From Octopus vulgaris (lineage: Eukaryota), in NCBI GenBank assembly GCA_951406725.2, contig OX597824.1, positions 97,960,001 through 98,024,000 on the forward strand: a DNA stretch of 64,000 bases. Reading direction: 5' to 3'. Below, one piece after another: positions 14,122-26,578 of the stretch. The position numbers and the translations under genes are program-made. The notes under the pieces are model-generated. The model was not told the origin of the DNA, did no database searches, and saw only the letters and a program-made list of their open reading frames with translations. The stretch's first letter is position 1, and each line of letters starts with the position of its first letter.

Positions 14122-14261
14122 AGTAAATTACTTCGAACGATGAAATTCGAAGTAGATAAAGCTACAAATAATAGCATGTATTGGAGGTTTTAACCAAAAT
14201 TCTACACGCTGTTATTTATAGTTATATCTGCTTCGAATTTCGCCGTTCAAATTAATTTACT
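14122..14261. repeat. Long imperfect inverted repeat (MITE-like fold-back)
   Basis: Left arm agtaaattacttcgaacgatgaaattcgaagtagataaagctacaaataatagcatgta vs rc of right arm agtaaattaatttgaacggcgaaattcgaagcagatataactataaataacagcgtgta; spacer ~22 nt. Confidence 0.8.
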
Positions 14262-14899
14262 ACAATAATGAATTTTAAGTGTTAATCAGCAAAAACTTAA
14301 CTGGAGCCACGACACAAACAATATATATATGGTCGCTGCTATGAGTTCTTGGTTTCTCTGAGAAACAGCACATGACTTTGCGGGTGGGACCCAGTTAAAA
14401 TCTTCTTCGGGTGGAGTAGGCCATCCCACTCAAAAGGTCCCTGAATAAGGGGTGTTTAAGGATGTTTTCAAAGGTGAATTATCCAAACCCCAAATTATCC
14501 GATGTTTCCAAAGGTGAATTATCCAAACCCCAAAGAATTCCTCCCAACACATGGCTATGATGCTTCGCCACTACTTCTGCTCTTGATCAGAGATGCACAT
14601 ATCGTAAACCACTAAGGGGCATGGTCAACTGGTTATATGATTGACAAGCAAATCTGTGGTATTGAGCAGAAAATTTGCTGTCGCCCATCTTTTATACCAA
14701 GACAAAACAATGTACATGATAACACTTCCAATAAGCAAAGATCAAAAGCTATGAGAGCCTCTGCCTGGTACTGTATGTATGTATGTATGTATGTATGTAT
14801 GTATGTATGTATGTATGGATGGATGGATGGATGGATGGATGGATGGATGGATGGATGGATATATGTGTGTGTGTGTGTGGACATGAAGATATATACTGC

Positions 14900-15110
14900 T
14901 TTTTTACTTGTTTCAGCCACTGGACAGTGGTCATGCTGGAGCATCGCCGAACAAGTCGACCCTAGTAATTATTTTAAGTCTGCTATTTATTCTTCGGTCT
15001 CATTTGCCGACGCACAAGGTTATAGAGACGTAAACGAACCAACACCAGTTGCCAATTGGTGGAAGGACAAACACAAACACAAATTACACACACACCCATA
15101 TATAGGTATA

Positions 15111-15183
<73 letters not shown>

Positions 15184-15545
15184 ATCAAAATAAGCAACAA
15201 CGATATCCAGAGGTAATGCAGTATGATCGTTTCATGCAACTCCATTTAATTGAATGCAATCATTTCATTACATCAGTTTAAAATGTAGAGCAATCTTCAG
15301 CTGCACAAAAACATAGAATTTAATTAAATTAAAACAGGACACATTAGTATAATTTTACCTAAAATCTTCAAGAAGTTAAGGAGATAGACAAAGAGCATGT
15401 TGTACGACGGGCCTCCACACAGTTTCCGTCTATCAAATTCCTTCCCAAGGCACTGGAGTTCCCGAGGCCAGGCTATAGTAGAAGACACTTCTCCAAGGTG
15501 TCACACAGTGGGACTGAACCTGAAATCACGTGGTTAGGAAGCGGT
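14900..15545 (-). mobile_element. SINE family B copy split by an insertion in its internal (TA)n
   Basis: 3' part at 14900-15110 (ttttacttgtttcagcc...catgctggagca). 5' part at 15405-15545 (cagtttccgtctatcaaattc...gaagacacttctccaaggtgtcacacagtgggactgaacc). An unrelated insert lies at ~15180-15400. Confidence 0.8.
15216..15306 (-). ncRNA. Decayed type-I hammerhead ribozyme motif (Penelope-type)
   Basis: Minus strand reads gugcag-CUGAAGA-uugc...gcau-GAAAC-GAUC-AUA-cugcau. Stem I has 6 bp. Stem III is the palindrome ACGAUC(G>A)U with a CpG-type mismatch. Confidence 0.6.
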
Positions 15546-15867
15546 AAACAAATCAACTCATTTACACGTATTTTTATCACTACGAGATGTGGCCCACGTG
15601 GACCTTTTCGGCAGATTGGGTCTGGGATTGAACCAGCTGGCTCCAATGTTACTTGCAAGATTACAGAACGATATGGCTCCGCATAAATATTTATTCATAA
15701 CCTTCAGTGCATTGGCGGCCGAGGAGTCAATAATGTCTGCTTGTCAATCATATAACTTTATGCAAATGAGATAGGTTAGTCACCAGGTTTATTTACATTT
15801 TTAAGGAGTAGCTTTGGAGGGAAAAAGGGGTTAGCGAATGCTGATGACTTGTTCACTGAACATGAAA

Positions 15868-15952
<85 letters not shown>

Positions 15953-16184
15953 CCCATCGTAATTAATGTAAATTGTACCAAATCTATTTAAATATCAAAC
16001 AAGGAATTGATCGAATTATGGACGACGAAAGGAAGTTCGCGAGTTCTAAATTTAGACATTCGTTTCTTGTAATAGAAAATTCAAACAACGGACTCTCTTT
16101 TGACTTTTGTTGAGTACACAGGAAGGTGTGGGTAGGTAGGTGTGTGTGTATGTGTGTGTTCTATTTAAATGTGTATGTGTACGT

Positions 16185-16217
<33 letters not shown>

Positions 16218-16321
16218 TACACAGTTTTATTTTGTGACATGAAATAGAATTAGAGAAATATGTGTGTTCACACACACACACATATATATATATGTATATA
16301 TATACATATATATATATATAC

Positions 16322-16353
<32 letters not shown>

Positions 16354-16404
16354 TCATATATATATACATATATATATATTCATATATATATACATATATA
16401 TATA

Positions 16405-16523
<119 letters not shown>

Positions 16524-16641
16524 ATATATATATATATATATACACACACATATATATATATATATAGGCACACAATTGCGTGTTTACTTTGTTGATCACA
16601 CCTTCAGCATTTCCCCTTCTTGACTTTATTTCCCGAATTAC

Positions 16642-16682
<41 letters not shown>

Positions 16683-17021
16683 GAATGTCCTCGTCTCTTT
16701 ATCAAATGCTTTCGTATTTCTTCAGGCTGCTGAAATATGCGTATGCACTTGAGTACAAATATGTGTGTGCATATGCGTTGCGTGTGTGTACGTGTTTGTG
16801 AGGTTTGTATGTGTGAGTGTAGTTATGAGTAGTTGTGCATCTGTATATGGATGTGGGAGGGCACATATATATTTGAGCTCAAGGTTACACTCCATTGTGT
16901 GTGTGTGTGTGTGTCCTCATTTCGATATATATATATATACATACAATGTGTGTATGTGTATATATGCATACATTTATGTATACATACATTAATATATATA
17001 CATACATATTTGCATATATGA

Positions 17022-17108
<87 letters not shown>

Positions 17109-17119
17109 TGTCTGTGTGT

Positions 17120-17198
<79 letters not shown>

Positions 17199-17515
17199 GT
17201 GGTGGTAGAGGTCGGACCTTTCTTCAAATGAGTAGTTTCATTAGTTTTTCTTTTTCTTTTTCCTTTTCCCTGGTTGTTTATTACTTCTAGAATTTGGAAA
17301 TTTCCTTCGGAAGCCACTTGACCAAATTGTCAACAAGGTTACATTCTACACCTCCTCTCCCCACCCCCACCCCCCATTTTCTTCTACTCAACCGCGATGA
17401 GAAAGCAAAAACGCGTGTGCGTAAGTGTGTGTGTGTGTGTGTGTAAGAGTGCGTATACACCTAGATATTGATATATCTATACACACACACATACATACAT
17501 ACATACATACATACA

Positions 17516-17584
<69 letters not shown>

Positions 17585-18292
17585 GTATGTATGCATGTAT
17601 GTATATATATAAATATCTATGGATATGAGTATGAATATCATATAAACCATTACATACATATAAATGCATGTGCGTGCGTGCGTGTGTGTGTGTGTGCGTA
17701 TGTGTGTGTATCAATATGTCTGTATGTTTATATCTACATATATTCATTTAAGTATGAATAATTTATATATACATGCACACACACACACATATACATACAT
17801 ACGTACATACATATATACAAACAGACATACACACATATACACACACATACACATAGACACATACACACATACGCACACACATACATACATACATTCATAC
17901 ATATATACACACACATACACATACACATGCATACATACACACATACATACACACACACATACACACATTAGAACATTCGCACTTCTTTCCGTCTGTCAGT
18001 AAAGGTTTGGCATTGTGCTTTTGTCGAGGAGAAATGCTAAGTTGTGGCGGAAGCGGTATTATGAAGGGTCCTGTGTATATTCTTGACCGAACATCGACCG
18101 GACGACGCCAGCCAAGGTGTTCGAACAATGGACAATGCATCCGCCTTATGTCATTGGTCGGTGGCGGGGAGGTAGGATGGGAGGTCGGTAGGTCGGTTGG
18201 TGCATACCAATATCTTGACTACAGTCTCCTAACTATCTATTAGTACATTGAGACGCGCGTACGTAAACACACACGCGTGTGCGTGTGCGTGT

Positions 18293-19053
18293 GTCATTAT
18301 TCAGTTTATTTCAAGATTTCTTGCCAACAGAGAAAGAACCGGTTTCTAACCTAGATCAAGGCTCCTTCATTGGAATTTCAACATCAACAACAGGGTATGT
18401 ATGTATGTATGTATGTATGTATGTATGTATGTATGTATGTATGTATGTATGTATGTTTGTATGCATATATAAATGTATATGTGCAGATTTGTATGTTTTA
18501 TGTATTCTCATGCATATAGTTACATATCTAGACATGCTCATATATATTTAAATGATAAACTTCTGGAAAGTTTTACAGATTTTTACAGTTCCACTGATGG
18601 ATTGGATCTGTAGTCTTCGAATTAGCTTTCTCCTTTCTGGTTTTGAGAAGCCTAATTTTTCAAGATTGGTATGTAGGCAGTGTGTTACATATCCCAGAAC
18701 CCCAATAACTACAGGAATAAGCCTGAACTCGTAATCTGGATAGAGTAACTGCAGATTTCTCAATAGTTCAGCATAGATCTTCAGTTTTATGTTAACATCA
18801 GCTGGGCAGCTAATTTCCACAACTGTGCACAGTTTCTCTTCTCCATCCCAAATCACTTTATCAGGTCTGTTATGCATACATTTTATTGAGGTCTTTACTG
18901 GTACATTCCACCAGTATTCTTTTCTATTATGAGTGGCTATGCCTTCTACTATATTGTGGGTTCTTATTTCTTTGTCCTCGGGTTTATACTTTCGACGGAT
19001 TTCATTATAGAGTGTCCTAGCTGCAATATCGTTGTCTCATCGGTAGATAATAA
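18293..19053 (-). mobile_element. R4/Dong-type (restriction-like endonuclease) LINE, 5'-truncated, with 3'UTR
   Basis: YLPMR...EYWWNVPVKTSIKCMHNRPDKVIWDGEEKLCTVVEISCP...IPVVIGVLGYV...KTFQKFII*, containing the RPD..D..E nuclease motif. The 3'UTR contains (CATA)n and ends ctgaataatgac. A second copy is at 57748-58471. Confidence 0.92.
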
Positions 19054-19713
19054 TATATGTATGTATGTGTGAGTGTATGTATGTATGTATGTATAAGCTA
19101 AAAACTGCAACTTTACTCCCTAGATCGAAGGTGTGACAGATATGTAATAACCAACATATGGAAAACTCTAGGAGGGTTGGTGCCTAATTTCGACATTGAG
19201 TGTTATACAAATGCTTGAACTGGCCGCCGTTTTATTGTATCAAAGGCGTCATCCACTCCATCAGCTGGGACATAGGAAACATATAGGAGTGGTGATGTGA
19301 AACGCCTCAGACTGAGGAAGCCAGAGAGACCACGGTGGTGCTCCAGCATGACCGCAGTTGCATAGCTGAAACGAGTAAAAGAGACTGTATATATACGAAT
19401 ATATTTTACCATATGTTACGTATATATTATATCATACCTTGATACTGTGTAGACTAAGATCCCCGTTGACAGGCCACTGGTGTTTATAGAGTGTTAAGCA
19501 CTTTCGGTATGCGAATTAGGGACTCCTTCATGTAGAAACTGCTGCATTTGTTGAGTATATAAACAGTTTGGCTGCTTGTTTCTCTGAAGACTGTCAGAAT
19601 GTTGTGGACGCCTCTGATGAGAACTCAATAAGGTTCGAACAATAGACTAAGGTTCTTCATCATATTTTCAGAGAAATGGCTAAAATTTGGCATGTTTATA
19701 ATTATACCATATG

Positions 19714-19990
<277 letters not shown>

Positions 19991-20787
19991 CCCCCGGGTG
20001 GTAGTCAGTTGTGCAGTTAGACCGAACTCAGTTTTCAGCCGTTACAGTAGTGTTTTCTGCATAATGTTGGGCTACATCTGGTACGGCAGCATCTTCGTAA
20101 CATCACCATCATCGTCGGTGTCATCATCATCATCATACTCATCATCAGCATCGGCATCATCGTCATCGTAGTCATCGTTTTCATCATCATCATCACCACC
20201 ATCATCGTCGAAGTCATCATCATCATCATCATCATACTCATCGTTGTCCCTGTCATCATCACCACCACCATCATGATCATCGTCATCATTATCACTTTCT
20301 AAATATCAACCTCCCACCTACTCCTTTACCACTTATTCCATTACCTCTAACTACCACCATTCCTTAGCATTCCCCACCTCACCCCCGCCCTCCGGCTCTA
20401 TTATTTTGCTTCATCCAATCAATGTCAATGGCTTCTGTTTGCTCAGACTTCGTCTCTTGTATTGTTACTCGTTGTTATTGTTGCACCCTCCACTTGTTGT
20501 TGTTGTTGTTGTTGCAATCAAGCCTTCCAGTCAAATAAAAGAAATTATAATTGATAATTCACCGATTCCCGACAACCAAACCCTCACCCTTTTATTTATT
20601 TATTTATTTATTTATTTAACCCATTAGTGGGGAATGTGCGCGGCAGAGTGGGGGTGGGTTCGTTAATATTAATCTTCGTTAATCAGTGCAAGGTCGCTAA
20701 AGAACTAGATTATCTTTGGATTAACATGTGGCACATTCCCAACAATACAATTAGCAAGTATCCCTCCTCGCCTCAATTTACCAGAAG

Positions 20788-20968
20788 TTTGGGGCTTGTC
20801 CAGCTGAGGAATTACTACAGACGGGGGATTAGGAAGTTGCATAAAAGAATCAGAGGACGGGTTCTTGCAGCTCCTCCAACCGGTAGGAGACCAAAGGGTG
20901 GACCAAGAATGGCACGATTGGGTAATATTCATAGCCACAGTTGGTGATGCTTAGGAGTCCAGGCGGCC
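20788..20968 (+). mobile_element. RTE-clade LINE C-terminal fragment
   Basis: QLRNYYRRGIRK...RIRGRVLAAPPTGRRPKGGPRMARLGNI resembles QLRWxGHVxRM...GxRPRGRPRxRWxDxI. Confidence 0.7.
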
Positions 20969-21032
20969 GGAGGGAAGTCCGAGAGAAAAGGAAAACGGAG
21001 GGAAAGAAATCGCCAACGATTCACATGTTGCG

Positions 21033-21434
21033 CTTTTACTCTTTTACTTGTTTCAGTCATTTGACTGTGACCATACTGGAGCACCGCCTCTAGTCGAGCA
21101 AATCCACCCCAGGACTTATTCTTTGTAAGCCTAGTACTTATTCTATTGGTCTCTTTTGCCGAACCGCTAAGTTATGGGGACGTAAACACACCAGCATCGG
21201 TTGTGAAGCGATGTTGGGGGGACAAACACGGACACACAAGCATATACACACACAAACATATATACATATATATACATATATACGACGGGCTTCTTTCAGT
21301 TTCCGTCTACCAAATCCACTTACTTGGTCGGCCCGAGGCTATAGTAGAATACACTTGCCCAAGGTGCCACGCAGTGGGACAGAACCCAGGACCATGTGGT
21401 TCGTAAGCAAGCTACTTACTACACAGCCACTCCT
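21033..21434 (-). mobile_element. SINE family B, near full length
   Basis: Minus strand: ggagtggctgtgtagtaag (A box), gggttctgtccc (B box), gcgtggcaccttgggcaagtgt (CORE-like), internal TA/TG microsatellite, and tail gactgaaacaagtaaaagagtaaaag. Confidence 0.92.
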
Positions 21435-21802
21435 ATTGGTTACATTTTGAAATGTCTATATGCTGTGTCTTTAAAATATTCCTCTAAAGGACCATGTTTC
21501 CAAGAAACAAAGCTTCATCACCGAATTCTGACAACGGCATCACTACATTCCTCTCCTCAGTTTCGCTCTGACACTAAATTTAATGAAATCGGAATAACTG
21601 TTTCTGCTTGAAAACTCTTTTAACTTTTCCAGACTACCGCTTAACATACACAAATACAAAACACACACACTGCACTTTTATAAACATGCTTCTATATTTG
21701 CAGATATAGAGAGATACACGTGCATTCACATACACGTATGTAGATACAAATTGAAACGGTCGAAAGTTGGTTGAAGCTGTTCATTATTTTCTTGATCCAA
21801 AC

Positions 21803-22198
21803 GGCGGCGAGCTGGCAGAAACGTTAGCACGCTGGTCGAAATGCTTAGCGGTATCTCGTCTGCCGCTACGTTCTGAGTTCAAATTCCACCGAGGTTGACT
21901 TTGCCTTTCATCCTTTCGGGGTCGATTAAATAAGTACCAGTTACGCACTGGGGTCGATATAATCGACTTAATCCGTTTGTCTGTCCATGTTTGTCCTCTC
22001 TGTGTTTAGCCCCTTGTGGATAGAAAAGAAATAGGTATTTTGCCCGTCGCTACGTTCTGAGTTCAAATTCCACCGAAGTCAACGTTGCCTTTCATCCTCT
22101 CGGAGTTGATCAATTAAGTACCAATGAAACCCTGGTGTCGATGTAATCGACAAGTCTCCTTCCCCCACACATGAGGCCTTGGCCCTCCACTAGTAAGG
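21803..22198 (+). mobile_element. SINE family A, dimeric form (tail 1 + partial second unit with tail 2)
   Basis: Head-core-tail 1 runs to ~22033, then re-enters at ggtattttg with a second core and tail 2. A 17-bp TSD attattttct(t/c)gatcca lies at 21783-21799 and 22199-22215. Confidence 0.92.
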
Positions 22199-22229
22199 AT
22201 TATTTTCTCGATCCACGGAGAAACAGGTA

Positions 22230-22378
22230 ATATATTCTTATATTTGGGGAGGGTCATATTTTTGCCAATTAAACACACGCACTGGACACTTGGTTTTCCC
22301 TTCGCTTATTATTATTATTATCATTATTATTATTATTTTAGTGTCCTTTGTCTTAGCTTTTTTCGTCACACATTCTAG
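22230..22378. repeat. Dispersed repeat fragment related to 39040-39225
   Basis: Shares tatttgggga(g/t)ggtca...aaacacacgcact...ttcgtcacac with the 39040-39225 copy. Confidence 0.55.
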
Positions 22379-22674
22379 GCGGTCACTTAAGCAGTTAGAA
22401 AGAGCAGCCAAATTCCATCTCGTTTACTAGATCGCCGTCTTAGGAAAGGATAGGTGGGATGATGTAAGCGTAACCCTAATCCTAACCCTATCCCTAATCC
22501 GGTGGCTGGGCTATGAATAAAAGATGTGACTTTCATGGTTGGAAAGTCATTGATTATGGATCTGTTCAAAGAATCCTTACCTGCAGCCAATAGCAGCCAA
22601 TTTTACTTGCCTCTCTTTCCGTCTTTGATTTCACTTTTTTTCTTTCTACATTCTTTCTCCACCACCACCACCAC

Positions 22675-22751
<77 letters not shown>

Positions 22752-23320
22752 TCTCTTTCTCCTTTCTCTCTCTCCCTTCTCTCTATTCTCCTCTCTACTC
22801 TTCGTCTCCATTCTCTCTATTCTGTCTCTTTTTCTCTCTTTCTGCTCTCTCACTCTATCTGTTTTCTGTAACCTCTCACTCCCTCTAATCTCTCTCTCTC
22901 TTTCTCCCTACTCCTTTCTCTTCTCTCTCTCTCTCTCTCCCGTCTCCTTTTACCTTTATCGTTCTTGACCCCTTTCATCCTTAACAAACCCATAAGGCTT
23001 CCCAAAGAACAACACTACAGGGAGATAAAGTTGATGAGTCAGACCTGCGGGGGTGAAAGGGGGAGTAGGAAGACATGCAGGAGTAGGAGTAGGAGGATGA
23101 AGAAGAGGAGGAGGAGGATAGGGGGGGTTTAACTGTGTTTTCTTTCACAAACATCTCACCTCAAACACCTTCCAGCTTCGCCGCCGCCGCCGCCGCCACC
23201 ATCAAAGTCCACCTCTCCCAAACTACACCTCCCCTCCACCCCCCACCGACATCTATTATACCACCAAACTCCTTGCCATCTCATACAACCATTTATTTTA
23301 TTTACCTCGCCACTTCCGCT

Positions 23321-23353
<33 letters not shown>

Positions 23354-23907
23354 CGTACACACACACACATGCAGACACACACACACGTCGTTACTGCCGT
23401 CTACACATCAACACTTCACAATTAACTTTATCACTGACTGCTACATCATCATCATCATCACCACCATCGTCATCACCATCATCACAATCATTAACATCAT
23501 TATCTCCATCATTATGAATATGATTATGACCACCACCACCACCTCCACCACCACATCCTCCACCATCATCATCAATGCTTATATTTATATATTATGCTCT
23601 ATTTTGCGTCATACGATGTGTAGTGCACCTGTTTGTGTGTGTGTGTGTGCTGTGTGTATCACATGATCGACCAGACTATAAGATGTTGTTATACATCGCT
23701 GGTCACAATGCGACCTGCATCGTTTTAGCTTTTGGATCATGACACCCCGCTGGCCAGGCGAACAGGCCAATATCTATTATATTATGGAATAGAAGTATAT
23801 ACGGGCAAACGACTGGGATCAGCTTAGATTATAATATATCTTTAAACGTGATGGCTGAGTTTCGATCCTGCGAACGCAAGAAGCAAACTGGTGTGCAGAA
23901 AGCGTCG

Positions 23908-24079
23908 GCTATTTCGAGAATAGATGCGCAGGTGATGCATTTATGAACCAAAACTAGCCATATTGAAGCAATTTGTCCATCATCGAATGGAGAATGAGAG
24001 AGAGATTTAGTAGAAATCTTTAATTTGTTTTGCACAAGATGCGCTATCTGCGCATCTATCCTTGAAACAGCTGTAAGAG
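23908..24079. repeat. Fold-back element with half-hammerhead terminus
   Basis: gctatttcgagaatagatgcgcaggtgatgcat pairs with rc gctgtttcaaggatagatgcgcagatagcgcat. The right arm continues GAAACAGCTGTAagag. Confidence 0.7.
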
Positions 24080-24375
24080 ACTATCTGCCCCCACCCCGAT
24101 TATTTCTTTCTTTTTTATAATCTATACTCAGGTAACAACTCAACGATCATGTTCAAATGTCGTAGTTTAACCGTATACCAGTTGTTTGCCTGTTTATACT
24201 TTTATTCTGTTATACATATAGCTGCTCAATGGTTAAACTGACAGTCGTCATTAAACAGTTACAAGATCCCGGCTTTTGGTTGCAGCTCAAGTTGCAGTCT
24301 CGGCACCAAATCAACCTTGAGCAGCAATTGTATTTACCTATTATCTTGCATCATCAGACGTAATATTACCTGAAT

Positions 24376-24426
<51 letters not shown>

Positions 24427-24432
24427 ATGAAT

Positions 24433-24563
24433 AATTGCAGCGTGGGAGGTGTTTATAAGCCATTTAAAACACAAAAAATCGTTTTAAAATTAAATTTAAA
24501 TGTTGAAGTGAATCTGTTTTTGTCTGCTTTAAATGCCTTATAAACATCTTCCACGCTGCAATT
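24433..24563. repeat. Inverted repeat (~45-bp arms) inside an insert bounded by TA/TG microsatellites
   Basis: aattgcagcgtgggaggtgtttataagccatttaaa vs rc aattgcagcgtggaagatgtttataaggcatttaaa. Confidence 0.85.
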
Positions 24564-24763
24564 GTTTTCGTTCCAGCACACGATCTCAGATCAGGTCACT
24601 TACTATGCAAGTACATCTCCGTAATATATATATATATATATATATAGGCATGTATATACATACACACACACAAAACATACACATGCACGCACACAGATGG
24701 ACATACATGTGTATGTGTATGTATGTTAATATTTACTACAGATATAATTAATCTCTCTCTCTC

Positions 24764-24795
<32 letters not shown>

Positions 24796-24902
24796 AAGGG
24801 AGAGAGAGAGAGAGAAAGGGAGAGAGAGAGAGAGAAAGGGAGAGAGAGAGAGAGAAAGTAATGTAATGACAAAAGAAAGACCCATTATGTCACGAACTTA
24901 GC

Positions 24903-25034
24903 TTGCAACTGTTTCTACTACAAGATGCAATGTACTCATAGTTGAGTACTTGTGTCTCACTTTCGATCTTTATCGGAGCTTACACAAACACTCCACTATG
25001 AGTGCATTGCATCTTGTAGCCAAAACAGCTGTAA
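24903..25034. repeat. Fold-back element (53-bp arms) with half-hammerhead termini
   Basis: Arms 24903-24955 and 24982-25034 are about 44/53 complementary by eye; the ends read (G/A)AAACAG(C/T)TG(T/C)AA. Confidence 0.85.
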
Positions 25035-25289
25035 CCTAATGAAATTTATTATTCCTCTGTCATTTATTTAATTTTCTGTTTTGCTCTGCACTCGACTGAC
25101 CCTTTTGTTTTCTGAAGCATATATTAAGTTCGAACACGAGTTAAGATGTTTCAAGTTGTTACTGCATGTGACTGGCTTGTGGTTCGATCCTTTGTATCGT
25201 ACATAGTAGGCATTGGACGTAGGTGGGACAAAGTGGAGAATGAAGGAGAAAATGGTAAAAATCCCACACAAACATGGCTTTGGTTATGC

Positions 25290-25545
25290 CATAATGCGGA
25301 AAACTTCAATCGAGACCAACAGACTAACCGGAGAAATAGGAGACGGTTCTGTGCAGATCCTTCTCATGTCTTCAGAGTGATGCATTCCAAATTTCCAATA
25401 ACTGCGATGGCTTGAGGAGTGGTGAGTAACGAAGGTCATGTCAAAACCGCCTCACATCTTCCCACAGAGTCTTAAGATTAATGCGTTGAGGTGTTGAGGG
25501 CCGTTGTTAAACTCTGGATGAATGAAGTACACCATGGAAGGCCAG
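25290..25545 (+). mobile_element. DD37D/maT-like transposase internal fragment
   Basis: ENFNRDQQTNRRNRRRFCADPSHVFRVMHSKFPITAMA*GVVSNEGHV..PPHIFPQSLKINA is the region after the first catalytic Asp, largely the part deleted in 2040-2915. Confidence 0.8.
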
Positions 25546-25634
25546 AATTGTTGTAATGATTCCCGTCCCGCATTCAACTGAAGCTGAAGGCAGATTCATA
25601 GAATGAGCTTATGAGGAGGTTTTATCGTCAATGC

Positions 25635-25663
25635 TTTACAACAACAACTACTACTACTACTAC

Positions 25664-25717
<54 letters not shown>

Positions 25718-25724
25718 GCTGCTG

Positions 25725-25816
<92 letters not shown>

Positions 25817-25820
25817 GCTG

Positions 25821-25871
<51 letters not shown>

Positions 25872-25872
25872 T
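25635..25872. repeat. Compound triplet microsatellite with higher-order duplication
   Basis: (CTA)n(ATA)n(CTG)n blocks repeated about 2.5 times. Confidence 0.9.
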
Positions 25873-26221
25873 TTCATACAAAAAGTTTCTATTTTTTTGT
25901 CTTTGTGGCAAACTTGGAAATTGGGATTTTCTTTTAAGGCGATAACGGGACGTTAACAGGGAGAAGAAAAGAATAGGGTAATAATGGAGGGTGGACGCCT
26001 GTTTAGGGTTGTGTCGGAGCAGCTGACATCTTGTTTTAGAAGAGTGTTATGTTTGGGCTTTCTGGGTTCTTTTCTTATATTTTTTTATTTCTGTGTGGGA
26101 GTGATGCCGATGGAGGTATTTGATTTCACCGTGAAAGAACTAATTATAAAATAAACCTAACTCTGTGCGCGTGTGTCTAGGCGAGAGATTCACGCGCGGC
26201 CATATATATACATACATACAT

Positions 26222-26315
<94 letters not shown>

Positions 26316-26342
26316 ATATATATGTATTTACATATATGTATG

Positions 26343-26392
<50 letters not shown>

Positions 26393-26523
26393 TTGGTGAA
26401 TTGAAGAAATGGAGCTGAACGCAGATTGAACAGAAATCGTTTTATTTCATTCTACACGTGTTTCGAAAGGCACAATTTACCAAAATCCGATCTACTACAA
26501 GATTATTCATCTTTCTATTTCAC

Positions 26524-26578
<55 letters not shown>

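Noticed and set aside
16705-16730. Hammerhead (CUGAAGA..GAAA on the minus strand)
   Set aside because: No pairing for stems I, II or III.
22471-22500. Interstitial telomeric repeat
   Set aside because: Only five hexamers, three of them degenerate.
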